In this document: positions 46,237 through 59,429 of the stretch, piece by piece
Numbering within the stretch: the first letter of the stretch is position 1
Layout: every line of letters starts with the position of its first letter
Source of the DNA: Plasmodiophora brassicae
Taxonomy: Eukaryota
Length of the DNA stretch: 64,000 nt
Direction: 5' to 3'
NCBI GenBank assembly: GCA_036867785.1
Contig: CP145422.1
Location: 310,001 to 374,000, forward strand
Position numbers and translations under genes: made by a program
Notes under the pieces: model-generated
Databases searched by the model: none
What the model was told of the DNA's origin: nothing
Seen by the model: the letters and a program-made list of their open reading frames with translations, nothing else

Positions 46237-49200
46237 ATGATGGCGTCAGCGCCGGTCGTGCTGCTGTGCGCACTGCTTCTGACCCCAGCACTGGCAACGG
46301 TATTGTTCAGCCCGTACAAGGATGTCACTGTCGCGTTCAACTGGTACTTCACCTTACACCGCCCTTGCCCACATCGCTGACTTGCCAAGTGCACAGGAAC
46401 ACGAACGAGCTCCGGTCGGCGGTGACAGGGACGGTGTCCCCACTGTCGTCTGCGCTGACCGCATCGGGTGCCAACACGGTGACACTGGCGTTCGCGACTG
46501 GGGCCTGTGGCACTGAGAACTGGGCCGGCATCTCGGGAATCGCCCTGTCGGTCTCCAACGTGAAGGCTCTGTCCGCCGCGGGCATCAACTACATCATCTC
46601 GACGGGTGGTGCCAACGGGGCCTTCACCTGCACGAATGACGCCGACTTCCTGACGTTCGTCAATCGGTACAACACGAAGAACCTGGTCGGTATTGATTTC
46701 GACGTCGAGGGCGGGCAGACGCAGGTAGACATCGACAACCTGGTGCAGCGTGTGAAGACGGCGCAGGCCATCTTCCCGAACCTTCGCTGGAGTTTCACGG
46801 TGGCATCGTTCGGCGGGACGGCGAACCCCATCGTCGGCACGTACGGCCTGATGGTCCTTCAGTCGATCAACAAGTACAACTTGCAAGGCTATATCGTCAA
46901 CTTGATGACCATGGACTATGGCAGCGCATCCCCGAACAACTGTGTCATCGGCGCCAACGGCCAGTGCGACATGGGACAATCCGCCGTACAAGCCGCCATG
47001 GCGTTGCACTCCCAGTACAACATCCCGTACTCGCAGATCGAGGTGACGCCCATGATCGGTGGAAACGACTCTCCTGGTGAGACATTCACCATCGCCGATG
47101 TCGCCACGGTCGCCCACTTCGCCGTCACAAACGGCCTCGCTGGTGTTCACATCTGGTCGTTCGATCGCGATACTGATTGCCCGACGGGCTCGGCCACGAC
47201 CACCTGCAATTCGTATGGCCAGGCCGGCACACTTGGGTTCTCCAAAGCGTTCGTTGCGTCTTTGCCGGGAGGCCCAGTCGCGCCCGTGCCCACTCTAACT
47301 CCAGCACCAACGCCCGCGTCAACGGCGTCTGTCCCAACGCCTGCATCGCCTTCCACGATCCTGTTCAGCCCGTACAAGGACATCACCGTTTCGTTTAACT
47401 GGTACGGTGTGCTGGTCGGCGTACCGGTGAACTGGCCGCTAACTGGGAATGCCTACAGGAACACGAATGTGTTGCAGACGGCGGTGACTGGATCGGTGAC
47501 TCCATTAACGACAGCGTTGACGCAGTCGGGTGCAAAGACCATTACGCTGGCGTTCGCTACTGGAGCCTGTGGCACCGAGAACTGGGCCGGCGTTTCGAGC
47601 GCCGCCCTGGCCGCCGCCAACGTCAACGCGCTGTCTGCTGCTGGCATCAATTACATTATCTCGACGGGTGGTGCCAACGGTGCCTTCACCTGCAACAATG
47701 ACGCCGACTTCCTGACGTTCGTCAATCGCTACAACTCGAAGAATCTGGTCGGCATCGATTTCGACATCGAAGTCGGGCAGTCCCAGGCAGACGTCGACAA
47801 CCTGGTGCAGCGTGTGAAGGCGGCGCAGACCATCTTCCCGAACCTTCGCTGGAGTTTCACGGTGGCATCGTTCGGCGGGTCGGCGAATCCCATTATCGGC
47901 ACGTCCGGCCTGAAGGTCCTGCAGTCAATCAAGGCGTTCAACCTGCAAGGGTACATCATCAACCTGATGACGATGGATTATGGCAGCGCGTCCCCCAACA
48001 ACTGTGTCATCGGCGCCAACGGCCAGTGCAACATGGGGCAATCTGCCGTCCAAGCCGCCATGGCGTTGCACTCCCAGTACAACATCCCCTACTCGCAGAT
48101 CGAGGTGACGCCCATGATCGGCGGCAACGACACGCCGGACGAGACGTTCACCATCGCCGATGTCGCAACGGTCGCCCAGTTTGCCGTCGTGAACGGCCTG
48201 GCCGGCGTCCACACCTGGTCCTTGGATCGTGATCGCGATTGCGCGCCCGGATCGGCTACGCCCATGTGCAACACGTACGGGCAGGCCGGCACTCTGGGAT
48301 TCACGAAGGCGTTCATCGCGTCCCTGGCCGCAAGCCCGCCTGTACCGTCGCCGACACCCTCGTTGGCACCGACCACGCCCGCTCCGACGCCGCCCCCGGC
48401 GGCATGCTCCCAGCTGTACGACCAATGCGGCGGGCAAGGCTGGCTGGGATCGACCTGCTGCGCCACCGGTTCCGTCTGCACCGTGCGCTCGGTCTGGTAC
48501 TCGCAGTGCCTGGCACCGACGGCGTCGTCCCCAACGCCAGCTCCGACACCAGCGCCGACACCAACGCCAACACCAGCTCCGGCACTGACGCCAACACCAG
48601 CGCCAAAGTCGTCTCCGACACCTGCTCCGACACCATCTCCGACACCTGCTCCGACACCATCGCCGACGCCTGCTGCCACTGTGCCGACGCCAACGTCCCA
48701 GGCGCCGTCGGCGACCTCATGCAGTGGCGAATGGAACCAGTGCGGTGGGACCGGGTGGACGGGACCGTCCTGCTGTGCGCCCGGCCTACAGTGTCGCTTC
48801 TTCAGCGTCTGGTACTCGCAATGCGTCAAGGGGGCATCCGCACCTGCGCCAACGCCAGCGCCAACGCCAGCGCCGACGCCTGCGCCGACGCCCAGCAAAT
48901 CGCCGTCCCCGACGCCGACGACGGCAGCGACGTCGGCGCCGCCGCCATCGTCGTCGGGTGGCGCGTCTCGCCCGATCCTGTTCAGCCCGTACAAGGACGC
49001 GTCGATCTACCTGAACTGGAACACGTACCAGATGGGCGTGTCGCTGTCCGGAGCGCAGGCGTCGCTGCTGTCGACGTTGCCGCAGGTGCCCGCTCTGTCT
49101 GTCACGACGTGGGCGTTCGCGACGGGCGCCTGCGGCACCGAGACATGGGGCGGCGTCTCGGGGCAGATGATCGCCGCCGCCAACGTCCAAGCCTGGGCCA

Positions 49201-50108
49201 ACGCCGGCCAGCGTTACATCGTGTCGACGGGTGGCGCCCAGGGCGCCTTCACCTGCGGCAACGACAACGACTTCCTGACGTTCATCAACCGGTACAACTC
49301 GCGGTCGCTGGTCGGGTTCGATTTCGACATCGAGGCGGGCCAGACGCAGGCGGACGTCGACGGCCTCGTGCAGCGCGTCAAGGTGGCCCAGGCCGTGTTC
49401 CCGGGCCTTCGCTGGAGTTTCACGGTGGCGACGCTGGGCGGGACGGCCCAGCCGAGCCTGGGCTACTACGGCACCATGGTCATGTCGTCGATCGCCCGGT
49501 ATGCCCTGACCGGGTACTACATCAACCTGATGGCGATGGACTACGGGAGCTCGGCCGGCGGCAACTGTATCGTGTCGGGCACGACCGGCCAGTGCCAGAT
49601 GGGGCTCTCTGCGGTCCAGTCGGCCATCAACCTGCACAACGCCTACAACCTGCCGTACGCGCAGATCGAGGTGACGCCCATGATCGGCGGCAACGACACG
49701 CCCGACGAGACGTTCACGATCGACGACGTCAGCACGCTGACCAAGTTCGCCGTGCAGAACGGCCTGGGCGGCCTGCACATGTGGTCGCTGGATCGCGACA
49801 CGGATTGCCCGCCGGGGCCCGCATCACCGACCTGCAACACGTATGGGCAGGCGGGCACGCTCGGTTTCACGAAGGCCTTCCTCAGCGGCCTGGCCGCCAC
49901 GACGAAACAGTTCGTCGCGCTGGACGCACCCGACGACGTCGTCACCAGTGCCCTGTGGGCGTCGCCGAGCGCCACACGCGCCGCTCCACTGCTCGGCGTG
50001 CTTGTCGGCGTGCCCGTCGGCATCGTCCTCGGCATGCTGGCGTTCGGCGCGTACCGCCTGCGCTCGAAGCGGGCCGCTGTCGTCGTGCAGCAGCACATCC
50101 CGAAGTGA
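46237..50108 (+). CDS. Membrane-anchored multimodular chitinase: SP-GH18-GH18-CBM1-PT linker-CBM1-GH18-TM
   Basis: Signal peptide [15 protein letters not shown]; three DxDxE motifs; two QCGGxGWxGxxCC..C....WYSQC (CBM1); C-terminal TM; introns 46344-46396 and 47402-47458. Confidence 0.92.
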
Positions 50109-50191
50109 ACACACGTTGATCATCCGAGATGCTCCGTGTGCCATCGAATAAAGAACCCGTTTCGGGGACGGGAGGTGGTGTGTACGGGCAA

Positions 50192-52683
50192 TCAGTTTTG
50201 AACGGCGAGCTTGCGCAGGTGGTCCATGAAGACCTTGAGGCTGACGTCGTCGGTGAAGACGGGCGGCGGGCCGGCCTGCCCCGGGTACGACGACGCCGTG
50301 TTCTGCGTGACGCTCGGGTTCAGCTTGGCCAGCAGGAACCGGGACTGGGAGTCGCCCGCCTCGCAGTTGCGGAACAGGGGCGCCGGGAACCGGTTGGCGA
50401 TGAACGCGTCGGCGTCGCTGCGCGCCATCTGGAAGAACTCCTTCAGGTAGTCGTAGTTCGGGTCCTGGTCCAGGCCGCTCTTCTTCCACGACGCCACCGA
50501 CTCGCCGTGCCACAGGATGACGTTGAAGAACGTGTCGAGCAGGAGGATGCGCTCGGGGCCGATGCTGGCCGCGTCGAGCAGGACGGCGTTGACGGTGGCC
50601 GGGGCGCCGCCCGCCCCCGACGCATCGCACAGGTCGTAGGCGAGCAGGACCGGCTGGATCATGGTCAGCGAGTTGGCGACGCTCTCGCGCAGGAAGATCA
50701 TCCGGTAGAAGGCGGTCTCGTCGGGCGACGAGTTGGTCACCTGCAGGAACTGGCTGCGCCTCAGGTGGAACATGAACTGCGGGTAGAACGTCATGTACGG
50801 CGAGATGCGGAACGAGTCCGGCTGGTCCTTCGTGTACGACGAGAACTTGGCCATCAGGCGGATCAGCATGCGGTCCAGCCATCGCAGGACGTCGGTCGTG
50901 AACTCGGTCTCCGCCTTGAACAGGGCGAGGCGCGCCACCAGGACGCAGGCCGCCTCCTGGTCGAACTCGGCGGCGACCTGCGACAGCCCGTGGTCGTTGG
51001 ACGTGTCCGTCAGCGGCACCATGCAGGTCGTGCAGCGGATCCTGGCCACGCCCGTCGCGTCCCTGTACCTGGTGACGAACTGTAGGTGGCTGTACTGCGA
51101 CGACGCCGACGTGTTGACGACGTCAAAGTAGAAGGCGTAGGAGCTGGTCGAGTTCAGCCCGCCCAGGTGCCAGGCGACCGTCCCGCCGACGCCGACCTCC
51201 TTGTCGGACACCGACGCCCCCTTCTGGTTCTTGCTGGACAGGTGGCCGATGGCGCCCGACACCTTGACCTCGCGCGACGTGTGCACCTCGATGTCGCCCT
51301 GGAACGCCATGTTCAGGTTGCCGTCGGGGCCGGCGGCGAAGCAGGCGGCGAACGACTGCGCGAACACGTCCGACCCGTTCTCGTCGTTGTACCGGAACAT
51401 GTCGCTGAGGACGAGGAACCCGCCCGACTTCTCCGGCAGGACCTTCATCTCGGCCAGGCCGACCTGGTCCAGCGAGCAGGCGAACAGGTCGAACACGTGG
51501 CCGCTGGCGACCAGGCGGTCGGCCAGGCCCCCGTAGTACTTGCAGGCCTTGTCGTACCAGGGGCAGTTGCCCTTGAACAGGTCGTGGTGCGACCGGATCG
51601 TCTCCTCCAGCTTCACCGACACGATCTTGCCGGGGCCGGCCGAGGCGGCCCCCGCCGAGAAGAACATGACGCGCCCGTTGCGCTTGGCGGCGACCGTCTC
51701 CAGCAGCCCGATCGCAACGGACGCGGCGACGCCCGTCGCCCGGGACGGCCGCTCGTCGCCCTTGACCGGCCATGGATCCGGGACCAGGTCCGCCAGGATC
51801 GACGTGACCGCCGGCGTGCACGTCTCGGCCGGCATGAAGAAGCAGGGCTGGTGCTGGTGCTGCTGGCGCTGCTGCTGCGCGTTCTTGTTCGTTGGCGACG
51901 GCCCCTGCCGACACACACACGGGATCAGTGACGCTGCCTGCCTGCCTGCGTTCGATGGCGTGCGCGACGGGCGTACCGGGGCGCCAGCGGCGGCCGGCGC
52001 GCTCATCCCGAGCATGTCGGCGACGAACGTCGACGAGACATTGTCGTTCTTCGGGTTGCCCCGGAACACGTAGCACTTGGAGCACTCGCCGAAGCCGAGC
52101 TCGTGGACGGCGACGTGCTTGCCGAACGTGATCAGGCCGACCAGGGCGTTCGGCGGCAGCTGCGGCAGGACGGCGATCAGCGATTCGCGCAGCTGTGCGG
52201 GCGAACGAATGTCAGCGGGCACGGATCGACGACGACGACGAGTGCCCCCATCACCTTGTCGAGTTCGAGGTCGATCGTGCACGTGTCGACGACGAACAGG
52301 ATGTGGAGCGGCGGGACGGGCTCGACCGGCAGGACGTACTCGATGGTGGTGTACTCGGGCATGAGCTCGGCGGGCAGGTTGTACTGCCCGATGTCATTGT
52401 AGCACTGCGGCAGGTGGTTCCGCGTCAGGCAGAACGGGCAGACCCAGATGCGGTTGTGGTAGTCCAGCTCGCTGTACGGGTTCAGCAGCGCGCGGCACGC
52501 CTTCCCCGAGCACGACACGGGCTCGTACTGCACCTGCCCGTTGTAGTCCTGCACGGCCAGCGGCGTGTACATGGCCGCCAGCGGTGCCACAACGCGGCTC
52601 GCCTCCACCTTGGTCGACGGCCACCGCATCCAGGAGAAGCGCAGGGCGTCGCGCGCCTCCAGCTCCTGCATCGCCGTCGACAT
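50192..52683 (-). CDS. SEC23: COPII coat protein Sec23 (spliced)
   Basis: RFSW..WP, zinc finger [52 protein letters not shown]; introns near 52195-52254 and 51907-51975. Confidence 0.97.
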
Positions 52684-52964
52684 TCGGCGCGTCACGCGCC
52701 CCGGCCCCAAAATATCGCGTCTCTGCTGGTCCCCCGTCGTCCGCCCGCCGCGGGTGACGTGGCCGCCGTACTCCGTCTCAGTCTGCCCACTGCCCAGCTG
52801 CAGCCGCCAGTCGGCGCTGATTTTTGGCGCTCGGCCCGGCCCGCACTTCTACGAGCTGCAAGGCGGGGGCGGACGCGACCTGTGCTACTATTATCTATTT
52901 ATGTGCAGCAACCCTAAAGCCCCCTGTAACGACGGGTGCCAACCCGGTGGGTCCGCGTCCTGTA

Positions 52965-53333
52965 TCAAACGGCGTAGGCGGCGACAGCGACGACCAGGTT
53001 CCAGGCGGCCGTGCCGGTGGCCAGGTGCGCCAGGTGCCGGCGACAGGACCGTTCGTCGTCCCTGGACCTGGCGGCGTTGCGGGTCAGCTGGGCCAGGGCC
53101 ACGGCGGACAGGGCGGCCCAGGCGAGGCTGGCGATCAGCACGACGTGCAGCGTCGCCTGCGGAACGGCGGCCGTGTGCGTCAGGACGAACAGGGCGATCG
53201 GCACCTGCGTCTGCATCGCCAGGCAGCACAGGACCGTCCACCAGGTCGCCTCGCGCGCCACGCCCTCGACCTCGGCATCGTCAGGCAGCAGGGCGGCCTT
53301 CGGCAGCAGCCGCAGCGCCTCTTCCGTCGACAT
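52965..53333 (-). CDS. Small hypothetical membrane protein (~122 aa)
   Basis: GC3-biased ORF with about three hydrophobic segments; no family recognised. Confidence 0.5.
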   Translation of the reverse strand: MSTEEALRLLPKAALLPDDAEVEGVAREATWWTVLCCLAMQTQVPIALFVLTHTAAVPQATLHVVLIASLAWAALSAVALAQLTRNAARSRDDERSCRRHLAHLATGTAAWNLVVAVAAYAV

Positions 53334-53522
53334 GCCGCGTAGATATTCCAATGCGATCCACACGCGCCCGCACAGCGACTCGGGTCTGCCGACAATATCG
53401 CGGCGTGCTGCGCCGCGTACGATCCGACGATCGGGGAGTCGACACACGAATCCGGTCGTCTATTCAGTCCAATTGATTGTCGGCGATATGAGGCGCACGG
53501 CGCAGGCGTCCCGCGCGAATCG

Positions 53523-54583
53523 TCAGTCGACCTTCTTCCCCTGGGCCTTGGCCTCGCGACCCAGCAGCTTGCGCCGCGCCGTCAGCATCTTGTCACGCAG
53601 GATGCCGGCCAGGCGCTTCTCGGGCATCATCAGCGAGACGCGTTGCAGGACGGCGTGGACGGCGCTGGGGGCCAGCGACGCGATCCCGCACGACACTTTG
53701 CCGAGGGCGTCCTCGGCGGCCTGGCCAGGCGCGATCACCATCAGCGACGTGCGACGGAAGCCGCTCATCGACGTCTGCACGTAGGCGGTCGTGCACGACA
53801 GGACGTCGAATCGGTACGGGCGCAGCTCGCCCGACAGGCAGCGCGACCACGTGTCGATGTAGGCCTTGGACCCGGCGTACACCGAGTGCAACGGCACCGG
53901 GACGACCGCCGACAGCGAGCTCATGTTGATGATGGCGGCGCGCGTACGACCGTCCGCATGCTGAAGCCTGGGCACCGTCGATTCAGACGCACCGACGTGG
54001 GCGACGACGACGACGTCCACAGGACCGACCTCGGGATCAGCGCCGCCGTCAGCAGCGTCGTGAACGTGACGTTCACCTGGATGATGCGCTGGATGACGGC
54101 CGGGTCCATGGTCGACAGTTCGCTGGGCAGCGCCTCCGACACGCCCACGTTGTTGACGAGGACCGTCAGGTCCATGTCCGACGGCAGGGCGGCGACGACG
54201 GTCTGGACGGCGTTCGGCGCCGACGCATCGCACGGGATCGTCAGCGTGCGCGTCTTCGGGTACAACCCCGTGATGTCGTTCGCGACCGCGTCCAGCTTGT
54301 CGCGCGACCGGCTGACCAGGACGACATGCATGCCGCGTTTCGCCAGGGACAGGGCGAACGCGCGCCCGATGCCTTCGGACGCGCCCGTCACGATCGCCCA
54401 GGACGCCCCGGTCGGGTTGTACGCCTTGAACGACGACGCCGGGCGCAGCAGGTAGACCCAGACGAAGCGCAGCACGGCGTACAGCGCGTACACCGTGCAG
54501 GCGACGCCGACGACCGCCATCGCGGACGCGGCGTACCCCAAGGCGGCACCGGTCGCGCACGCCCCCGACGGCCACACCATCAT
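53523..54583 (-). CDS. Very-long-chain 3-oxoacyl-CoA reductase-like SDR (KCR/HSD17B12 family, spliced)
   Basis: N-terminal TM, WAIVTGASEGIG, LVNNVG, YAGSK, C-terminal KKVD dilysine-like end; intron near 53961-54028. Confidence 0.9.
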
Positions 54584-54895
54584 GTTCGGCAACGACGACG
54601 ACGACGACAACGAGGATGGCAACCACATGCGCGGTGGATCGCCTCGAAATAGGGCGCGCCCCCGCGCAGGTCCGCGTGCAGTCGCGGACCTGCGCGACAC
54701 GCGCGGGCCGACCTCGCAGCTGCTGCGCGCCCCCCGGTCATCGTCATCATCATCATCGTCGTTTATTCATTGGCGCACACCAGCCAGCACCCCTGCCGGT
54801 AGAACGTTCGCTGGGCCACTGCCATACACACACACACACACACACACACCAGTACAATACAAAACGGCGCATGACAGCCAGTCGCGCAAACGGGG

Positions 54896-56457
54896 ATGCG
54901 CGTCGAACGTGACGGCGGAGGCGGCGTTCCGGACGGCCCGGCGGTCCCGGGCGCCGACGCATGGATCGAGGCGGTCGTCGACGGCGAGCCGCACCGGATT
55001 CGGAAGCAGGTGGTGCGGGCGGGGGCGGGCGGCGCGCCGCTGTCGGCGCCGGCGGGCGCCGAGGTCTACGTCCACTACGAGGCGTACGACGGCGCCCTGC
55101 GCCTGCACGACTCGTCGGTCGACCGCGACTACCCGTACCACTTCACGCTGGGCGAGTCGCATGCGGCCCCGCTCTGGGAGGCGGCCGTCGCGTCGATGGC
55201 GCCCGGCGAGAAGGCCGTCTTCCACTGCGAGGCCGGGCACCTGTACCGGCCGTTCCAGCAGCCGCCGACGCTGGACGGCGCCGCCGGCACGCCCCTGACG
55301 GTCTACGTCGAGTACGTCCGGTACGACGAGTGGTCCAACGTCGTCCACGACGGGCGCATCCGGAAGAAGAAGCTGGACGCCGGGTCCAGGGAGATCGCCA
55401 CGCCCAACGACGCATCCGTTGTCCATGGTACTCCCCATCGCGTCTTCGTCGTCGTCGTCGTCGCCTGTACCTGACAGCGCATCGTTCTCATCCGCTGTGC
55501 TGCCCAGTGACGTACACGGGGCGCCGACCCGACGGCACCGTCTTCGCCGACGCCCACGACGCTGTCTTGACGATCGGCAGTACGTGCCTGTCTGTCTGTG
55601 GGTGTGTCTGTGTGGGCAACGCTGACGTCGTCGTGCGCAGAGGACGACCTGCTGGAAGGCCTGGAGCTGGCCATCAAGTCGATGTGCCGCGGCGAACACA
55701 GCCTGTTCCACGTCGACCCGTCGTACGCGTACGGCCGGGCCGGCTGCCCTGACCTGGGCATCGCCGCCGACGCCGCCCTCGACTACGACGTCCACCTGCT
55801 GTCGTTCGAGGTCGGCGAGCAGTGCTGCCTCTGTCTCTCGCGAACGTAGTGACCCCCCCGGGTGTGTGTGCACAGGCGGGGACGCTCAAGTGGGAGATGT
55901 CGACCGAGGCCAAGGTCGACCTGGCCGAGTGCCGCAAGGCGCACGGAAACGCGGCGTACAAGGCGGGCCAGATCGAGCGCGCCGAGCGCCTGTACGACCA
56001 GTGCCTGGAGCTGGTCAACTACGAAGGCGAGCAGGCGGCGGCGTCGCGGATCGTCGCGATCCGCATCGCGACCTGGAACAACCTGGCGGCCATCAAGACG
56101 AAGCGCGAGGCGTACGCCGAGGCGATCGCGCTGGCCGGCAAGGTCCTGGCGCTGGACCCGGGGAACGGCAAGGCGAGGTACCGCCGCGCGCTCTGCTACA
56201 TGCGGACGACGCAGCCGGACCTGGCCCTCGACGACGTTGACGAGGCGCTGCGCTCGGATCCCACGTCCGCCAGCCTGCTGGCCCTGCAGGCCATCGCCCG
56301 GAAGCACCTGGCGCAGGCGGCCCGGAAGCAGGCGAAACAGTTCGGCGGGTGGTGCGATCGCCTGTCGCTGGACACGACCACCACCAACAGCAGCAGCAGC
56401 AGCAGCGCGGCGCCGCGCCAGGACGCGCCCGGGTCGGCGCCCAGCCCGACTAAATAG
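54896..56457 (+). CDS. Multi-FKBP + TPR peptidyl-prolyl isomerase (FKBP52/ROF1-like, spliced)
   Basis: VHYE..HDSS..FTLG, YTGRRPDGTVF, EGLELAIKSM..GE..YAYG..G, TPRs KAHGNAAYK and KARYRRA; three introns. Confidence 0.9.
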
Positions 56458-56485
56458 GGTCAGCCCCCCTGCGCGCGCGTGCGGT

Positions 56486-58473
56486 TTACGAATCAGGGCC
56501 CGCGATGTAGTCGGCGAAGCAGGCGGTGGCGAACAGCGCCTGCAGGAACGGGCGCCAGTCGCCCGGTTTCGTCTGCAGGAACGCCGGCGCGTCGAACAGG
56601 ACCGTGCAGGTCGGCGAGGGCCCGGGTGCCACCAGCGGCACCCGGGTCACGAACGCGCCCGCCTCGAACAGCAGGTTGCCGACCAGCTCGCGACGCAGCG
56701 CGTCCATCCACGACGCCACCGTATGGGGACCACCACCGCCGTCGTCGTCGTCCTGGAAGTCGCTGTGGACGCACGCCCCGATGCAGACGCGTTGCAGGGA
56801 GGCGAGCAGGGACGCGCGTATGCTGGGCGGCAGGGTCGGCGCCGCCGCCGACCCTGCCGCCGACCCCAGCCGCCACTCGTGGTCGCTGTCCAGGTCGAAC
56901 ATGGTCAGCGTGTCGATGGCGCCCAGGTCGACGCCCAGGCCCATCATCGACCGGTCTGCACACCAACAGGAGTCAGCGGCGACGACGACGACGACGACGA
57001 CGTTCGCTCTGTGCACTGACGCATGCCGACCAGGAAGGGTGTCGGGCACTGCAACGTTTCGATCAGGGCGTTGGGCAGGACGGGGACGAAGACGGAGCGC
57101 AGCTGGAACGGCTGGATCAGGGCGCGCAGCGTCTGGGCCACGTTGGACAGGACGGTGAGCTGCGACGACACCAGCAGGACCTTCTGCTCCAGCAGGACGA
57201 GCTCGAGGGCGTCCACGATGCGCAGCGGGTGCAGGACCCGGAACAGGACGTCGACGTCGCAGTCTGGGGCCGACATGCTCGACTCCTGGTTGCTTCTCCT
57301 GCCGACCAGCGGCGTCAGCGCCTGCATCGAGGCGGCCAGGGGCGCGCCCGGCGCCGGGCGAACGCGCTCCAGTCGGCGTCGCAGCGCGTTCTGCTCGTCG
57401 CGCTCCGTCAGGACGACGATCGCGTCGACGGCCATCGCGTCCGCGTCGCCGACGACCTGCATGCAGGCGCCGTTCAGTCGGCGGCCGTCGGCGCCGGTCA
57501 GCACAAAGCTGAACGTCCTCGGGCGAACGAAGCTGTCCGGGTCGGGCGACAGCGTCGGGAAGCAGAACCGGGCGATCGTCGTCGGCACCGGCAGGGCGAC
57601 GTCGGCGTCGACGTCCGGGTGCCGTTCAACGACTGCGACGTCCGCCTTCCGGTTCGGCTGCCACCGGCAGTGCCCGACGAAGGCCAGCTCCGATGCCCTG
57701 CCGGGTGCAGGCGCCTCCGCCGTCGTCGTCGTCGTCAGCACCATCGACGACGTTGCCGGGTGCGCCCGAAGAACGGCTAACGTCGATCGGCGGGGGGCGC
57801 CCGTCGTCGTCGACCGCCGCCGGGCGACGTGTTCGACGAGCTCGGCGTACTGGGCCGACCGCAGGAACGGCGCCCAGATGGCGTCGCGCAGGGCGTCCGC
57901 CTCGTCACCGCCCTTCCGGGTGGCCCGCCACCATCGCCAGAGCAGGTCCTGGTCGTGCCGATCTGGGCGGCGGCTGTGCACGAACAGCGCCAGGTAGGCA
58001 ATCAGTTCGGGGCAGGCGACGACGTCGTCGAATCGCAGGGCGGTCGTCGATGACGACGTCGTGGCCGGCGGCGCCCGACTGCCCGCCATGGACGTCTGCA
58101 GGTGCGTCTGGAACTTGGGCAGGATCGCCCGGGCGACGTTGTCGGCCACCGAGCGCCGGATGGCGCCCAGGTGGGTGCGAACGGCGCCCGCGTCACGTAG
58201 GCGCAAGGCGTGCTTCAGGGCGGCGACCTGGACCTTGCGATCGCCGGGGCAGTGGACGACCAGTGGCCCGCGGCCGCTGAAGCAGACGTCGACGAGGCGA
58301 CTCGCCTCGGCCAGCAGCCGCGCGTCGTCGTCGGCACCGGCGACCAGGACGGATTCGGTGCCCACCAGGCAGACGACCTGCGCCTGCTCGGCCACGTCGC
58401 CCGAGGACAGCTCGAACAGCAGCTTGGTCAGGTCGGCGTCCCGGACGACGTCGTCGACGGTCAGCGATCCCAT
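56486..58473 (-). CDS. RGS-like + DENN domain protein (Rab GEF-like, spliced)
   Basis: PFLRSAQY (RGS-like), ARFCFP, FSFVLTGADG, LLEQKVLLVS, FVPVLP..CPTPFLVG, F..TACFADYI. Confidence 0.88.
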
Positions 58474-58741
58474 GTTAATATATATCAAACTCGTACTAAG
58501 AGCAGAACCGAACACTGGGGCTACGTAGCCTGCAGGTACGTTGCTCGCCTTCCATTGATCAGCATCGGGTCAGTGCAGGCGGAGGACGACGTCGATCGCC
58601 CGGTTCTGCTCGCCGTCGCTGTCGGCCGACCCGGGCAGCTTCGTTCGCCCGAGGACTATCTGCAGGGCACTCGTCTCCGGTTGGACGTTGGTCGTGCAGG
58701 CATCGTGAACTAGCGAGCGGATGCATGTCACTTGGCTGTGT

Positions 58742-59425
58742 TTATGTATATGCTGCCCCTAGCACCCCAGCCTGTCCGATGGGATAAACGATTTGTTCAT
58801 TCGTCAGAACGGCATGGGCGAGCAGTTGAACGTGGCGAAGGAAATCGGCGGGCCGCCCAATGCAGGAGAAGTTGATAATCGCGCGTATATATGTGATCGC
58901 AGAAATAATTGTCGGTGTTGTCAGCACCCCATTCGCACGTGCCTCCTGGATGGCGTCGGTGAGAATATCAACCTCAGATGCGTCCGGGGGAGCGCCTAGG
59001 AATGGGGCGACAATGGGCTTCACAACGTCAGCGACAACCATTTCAAGACGAGCATCCCAGGAGAAAAACCGATCCGCGACGATGAAGGACACTGCACGCT
59101 GTATACGCTCGCGTATCGGATCTCGAACGCGATGCATATCTGCCATTGGCGTACGACCCTCTCTGTGACAACCCGTCCGAAAGAAGCCGGCCCCAGTCAC
59201 AGGAAGCGGCTGCGCGAGCATCTCCACCTGTCGGAACAGGAGTATTGTACCGATCACCAAACGTGGTTGGCACTTCATCGTCACCGGGAGATGCACAAAA
59301 CCAAACTCTTGTACGACCTCGGGGCGCCGACAGCAACTGTCGAATACATCCAGCTTGGGGAACATTGCAGCGAATGTTTCAACCCTACAGCGGAACTCTG
59401 TCTCGAAACGCTGAACCAGTTTCAT
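58742..59425 (-). CDS. Hypothetical protein or 5'-truncated gene remnant
   Basis: 227-aa ORF with ordinary composition in lower-GC DNA, abutting an RT scrap. Confidence 0.4.
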   Translation of the reverse strand: MKLVQRFETEFRCRVETFAAMFPKLDVFDSCCRRPEVVQEFGFVHLPVTMKCQPRLVIGTILLFRQVEMLAQPLPVTGAGFFRTGCHREGRTPMADMHRVRDPIRERIQRAVSFIVADRFFSWDARLEMVVADVVKPIVAPFLGAPPDASEVDILTDAIQEARANGVLTTPTIISAITYIRAIINFSCIGRPADFLRHVQLLAHAVLTNEQIVYPIGQAGVLGAAYT

Positions 59426-59429
59426 GTAC

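Noticed and set aside
45866-46240. Poly-Pro or poly-Gly ORFs
   Set aside because: They are translations of the G37 tract.
54826-54850. (AC)n microsatellite in the KCR/FKBP divergent promoter
   Set aside because: Ordinary simple repeat.
48239-58280. Long overlapping and antisense ORFs (e.g. 48239-50119, 50129-51085, 56479-57780)
   Set aside because: Shadow frames of high-GC3 genes, Arg/Pro/Gly-rich with no motifs.
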